Source: Ignicoccus hospitalis KIN4/I (GTDB lineage Archaea; Thermoproteota; Thermoprotei_A; Sulfolobales; Ignicoccaceae). From it: a DNA stretch of 32,000 nt. This document shows, one piece after another, positions 29,963 to 32,000 of this stretch (its first letter is position 1; each line of letters starts with the position of its first letter). Both the position numbers and the translations under genes were made by a program. Location of the stretch: assembly GCF_000017945.1 (NCBI RefSeq), contig NC_009776.1, forward strand, positions 720,001 to 752,000, read 5' to 3'. Below the pieces are notes generated by a model. The model was given only the letters and a program-made list of their open reading frames with translations, searched no databases and was not told the DNA's origin.

Positions 29963-32000
29963 ATGAGCAGAAGCCCGTTGGCGCTAATCGCCCTTATAAC
30001 GCTAGTGGCCGCGTGGCCGATTAATTTGACCCTGACTTACGAGAACCCTGAAGCGGCGGCGAACCTTCAGCTGCCCTACCTCAAGGTCTCCTTAAGCGCT
30101 GATTACGACCCGATATCCATGTCCTTGAGAAACGTGAGCGTTGCGGTGGACGCGGGGAGCGCCGAGGCGTCGAGGGCCGCTAAGGCGACTATAGTTTCGT
30201 ACTTGAACGGGTGCGACCTAGCGCTCAAGGCCCCTCTGCTCGTGGTCTCCGAGTGTCTGTTGAACTCCGTGAAGGACATTATATCGATGTCACTGTTGAA
30301 GTTTAGAGTCCTCGACTTGAGGGTCGGGAGCGACCTAACTGGGGTCGCCTACGCGAGCGAGGCCTCGGAAGTCACAGCCGTGGTTGCGGGAAAGGAGCTC
30401 AAGGGCTTATCGCTCTACCGCGCAAAGGCCCTCGGGGGCGGACCGGAGGAGCGGGTAAGCGCGGCCCTCTCCGGCGACAAGGCCTACTTGCGCCTCGAAG
30501 GGGCCTCCGGGCCCGCGGGGGCGCCCTCGCCTTACGCGCTAGCGCGGTGGCCCGGAGGGGCGGGCGTCATATCCTTGACTTCGGAGCCTTTGGTGGAGCC
30601 CGTGATATCGGGTAACACGGTCTTCTTCAAACTGCCCATCGTGAGGTACTTCTTAGGTTTAGAGAAGGAGGGAGGGAGCTACTTCTACTACTTCGTCCCC
30701 CCTAGGGACAGGGTGACCCTCCCCGCGGGCAACTTCAGCTTGACCTTGGGCGGCGCCGAGAGGGGGCGGGTCAAGGCCGCTTGCGCCTTGAACGTTGCGG
30801 TCCTAGCTAAGGGGACTTACTCAATAGTTCTGAGGTCTCCGTCCTACGACGTTAAGGTAAGGGCCGTCCCCTTCTCATATGTGGCCGTGCCGACCCCTTG
30901 TAACGGTTTGGCCGCCCTAAAGGTTAACGACTCCATTGCAATATTGAACCTAACAGAGGTCGCCAATAAGAACGTGGTCGTAGTGCCCGAGCCGGGCGCG
31001 TTGAGGCTGGTGAGGATAAATTCGACCGAGCCCTTCGAGGTGGTAGTAGGCAAGAGGGCGGTCTACTGTGACGCCAAATGTTATGCTCTGCTGCCGCCCC
31101 GCCAAGTGGCCTTACAAGCCGTGTCCGCGCTCAAGGGGACCACGACCTCGCTGATAATACCTCCTAGCGCGGAGGAGGTTGCGCTTTCGTTCCCGCCGGC
31201 GCCCCCCTCCAAGGGTTGCTTGGTCAAGCTGGTCTCCCCCTCGCCGGTTGAGGTAGAGGTCCAAGCGGGCCAAGCGGTCTTCAGCCTGCAAGTCACGAGG
31301 ACCCCGACTACCGTAGTCTTGCCTTGCGGCGAGGAGGTCAAGCTAAAGGTAGGTAGGTACGAGGCCCCGTTGAGGGCCTCCTCCGGCGAGTGGGTCTACT
31401 TGTGCCCCAGCCCCTATGCGCTCTCCGGCGAGAGCATCAAGATAAACACGACTATGAGACCTCCGATAAGCGTGAGCTGTGACGGAGGTCTCACGTGGGC
31501 GCTGGTAAACAACAGCACGTTCACATTCGTCAAGCCGAAGTACGCCTACGTCCTCCTTAAGGCCGTGGACTCGAACGGAAACAGCTTAGAAGTCATTATA
31601 CCAGAAGGTATAAAGGAAGTTAGCTTGAAGCCCGAGGGCGGAGGGAGGCGGACGGTCAAAGTTCCGTTGGGCGACTTGGACACCCCGGTGAAGGTGATCC
31701 TAAGGGGTATCCAGGAGGGACTGGTGACCTTGAGCAACGGGACCGCGAGCTTGAGCTACTACGTCAACGGCACGGCTTACGTGATGATACCCCGTCAGTG
31801 GGCCTCCCAGAAGCTTACCTTCAGCGTGACTACCCCCGAGGGGGCGTTGGCCAACACTACCTTGCCCCCGTTGGCCGCGGGGGAGAAGGTCACTCCGATA
31901 TATGCTATAATAAACAAGACTATGAACGTTAACTACTACAGCTTGAGGGTAGTGGTGGAGAGGGGCGGGGAAGAGGTTACTGTCCCGCTGACAGTCAACG
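29963..32000 (+). CDS. Large exported/surface protein (partial, runs off right edge)
   Basis: ATG at 29963 gives signal peptide MSRSPLALIALITLVAAW and an open frame to 32000 (>=679 aa), beta-rich with N-x-S/T sequons. Absent from the supplied ORF track. Confidence 0.8.
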   Translation, partial: MSRSPLALIALITLVAAWPINLTLTYENPEAAANLQLPYLKVSLSADYDPISMSLRNVSVAVDAGSAEASRAAKATIVSYLNGCDLALKAPLLVVSECLLNSVKDIISMSLLKFRVLDLRVGSDLTGVAYASEASEVTAVVAGKELKGLSLYRAKALGGGPEERVSAALSGDKAYLRLEGASGPAGAPSPYALARWPGGAGVISLTSEPLVEPVISGNTVFFKLPIVRYFLGLEKEGGSYFYYFVPPRDRVTLPAGNFSLTLGGAERGRVKAACALNVAVLAKGTYSIVLRSPSYDVKVRAVPFSYVAVPTPCNGLAALKVNDSIAILNLTEVANKNVVVVPEPGALRLVRINSTEPFEVVVGKRAVYCDAKCYALLPPRQVALQAVSALKGTTTSLIIPPSAEEVALSFPPAPPSKGCLVKLVSPSPVEVEVQAGQAVFSLQVTRTPTTVVLPCGEEVKLKVGRYEAPLRASSGEWVYLCPSPYALSGESIKINTTMRPPISVSCDGGLTWALVNNSTFTFVKPKYAYVLLKAVDSNGNSLEVIIPEGIKEVSLKPEGGGRRTVKVPLGDLDTPVKVILRGIQEGLVTLSNGTASLSYYVNGTAYVMIPRQWASQKLTFSVTTPEGALANTTLPPLAAGEKVTPIYAIINKTMNVNYYSLRVVVERGGEEVTVPLTVN

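Overview
This 32 kb window looks like ordinary chromosome from a hyperthermophilic crenarchaeote. It resembles Desulfurococcales/Ignicoccus, but that is inference from rRNA and protein character and no database was searched. The centre holds a 16S rRNA (~8363-9799) and a 23S rRNA (~11320-14345). They are not in a simple operon: each is preceded by the same perfect 185-bp promoter/leader (8105-8289 = 11068-11252). A BtpA-like TIM-barrel gene lies between them on the opposite strand. Both rRNAs are flanked by long inverted repeats that fold into processing stems. The 23S stem contains a textbook bulge-helix-bulge and the 16S stem a near-canonical one. The 16S gene is short (~1437 nt) because distal helix 44 is essentially missing. 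A tRNA-Ala(CGC) with encoded CCA lies downstream of the 23S, and no 5S rRNA is recognisable. The flanks carry densely packed archaeal genes: prefoldin beta, DHH phosphoesterase, GT2, a TGT-fold protein plus THUMP methyltransferase, MoaD-like, HypA, a tetraether-synthase-like radical SAM, an ArsB/NhaD permease, creatininase-like, translin plus nucleotidyltransferase, L40e (missed by the ORF track), a fused siroheme-decarboxylase-like protein, a DUF2795-like tandem duplication, an Nre-family protein, purC-purS-purQ, and a large exported protein running off the right edge. I see no CRISPR array, transposon, prophage or defence island.
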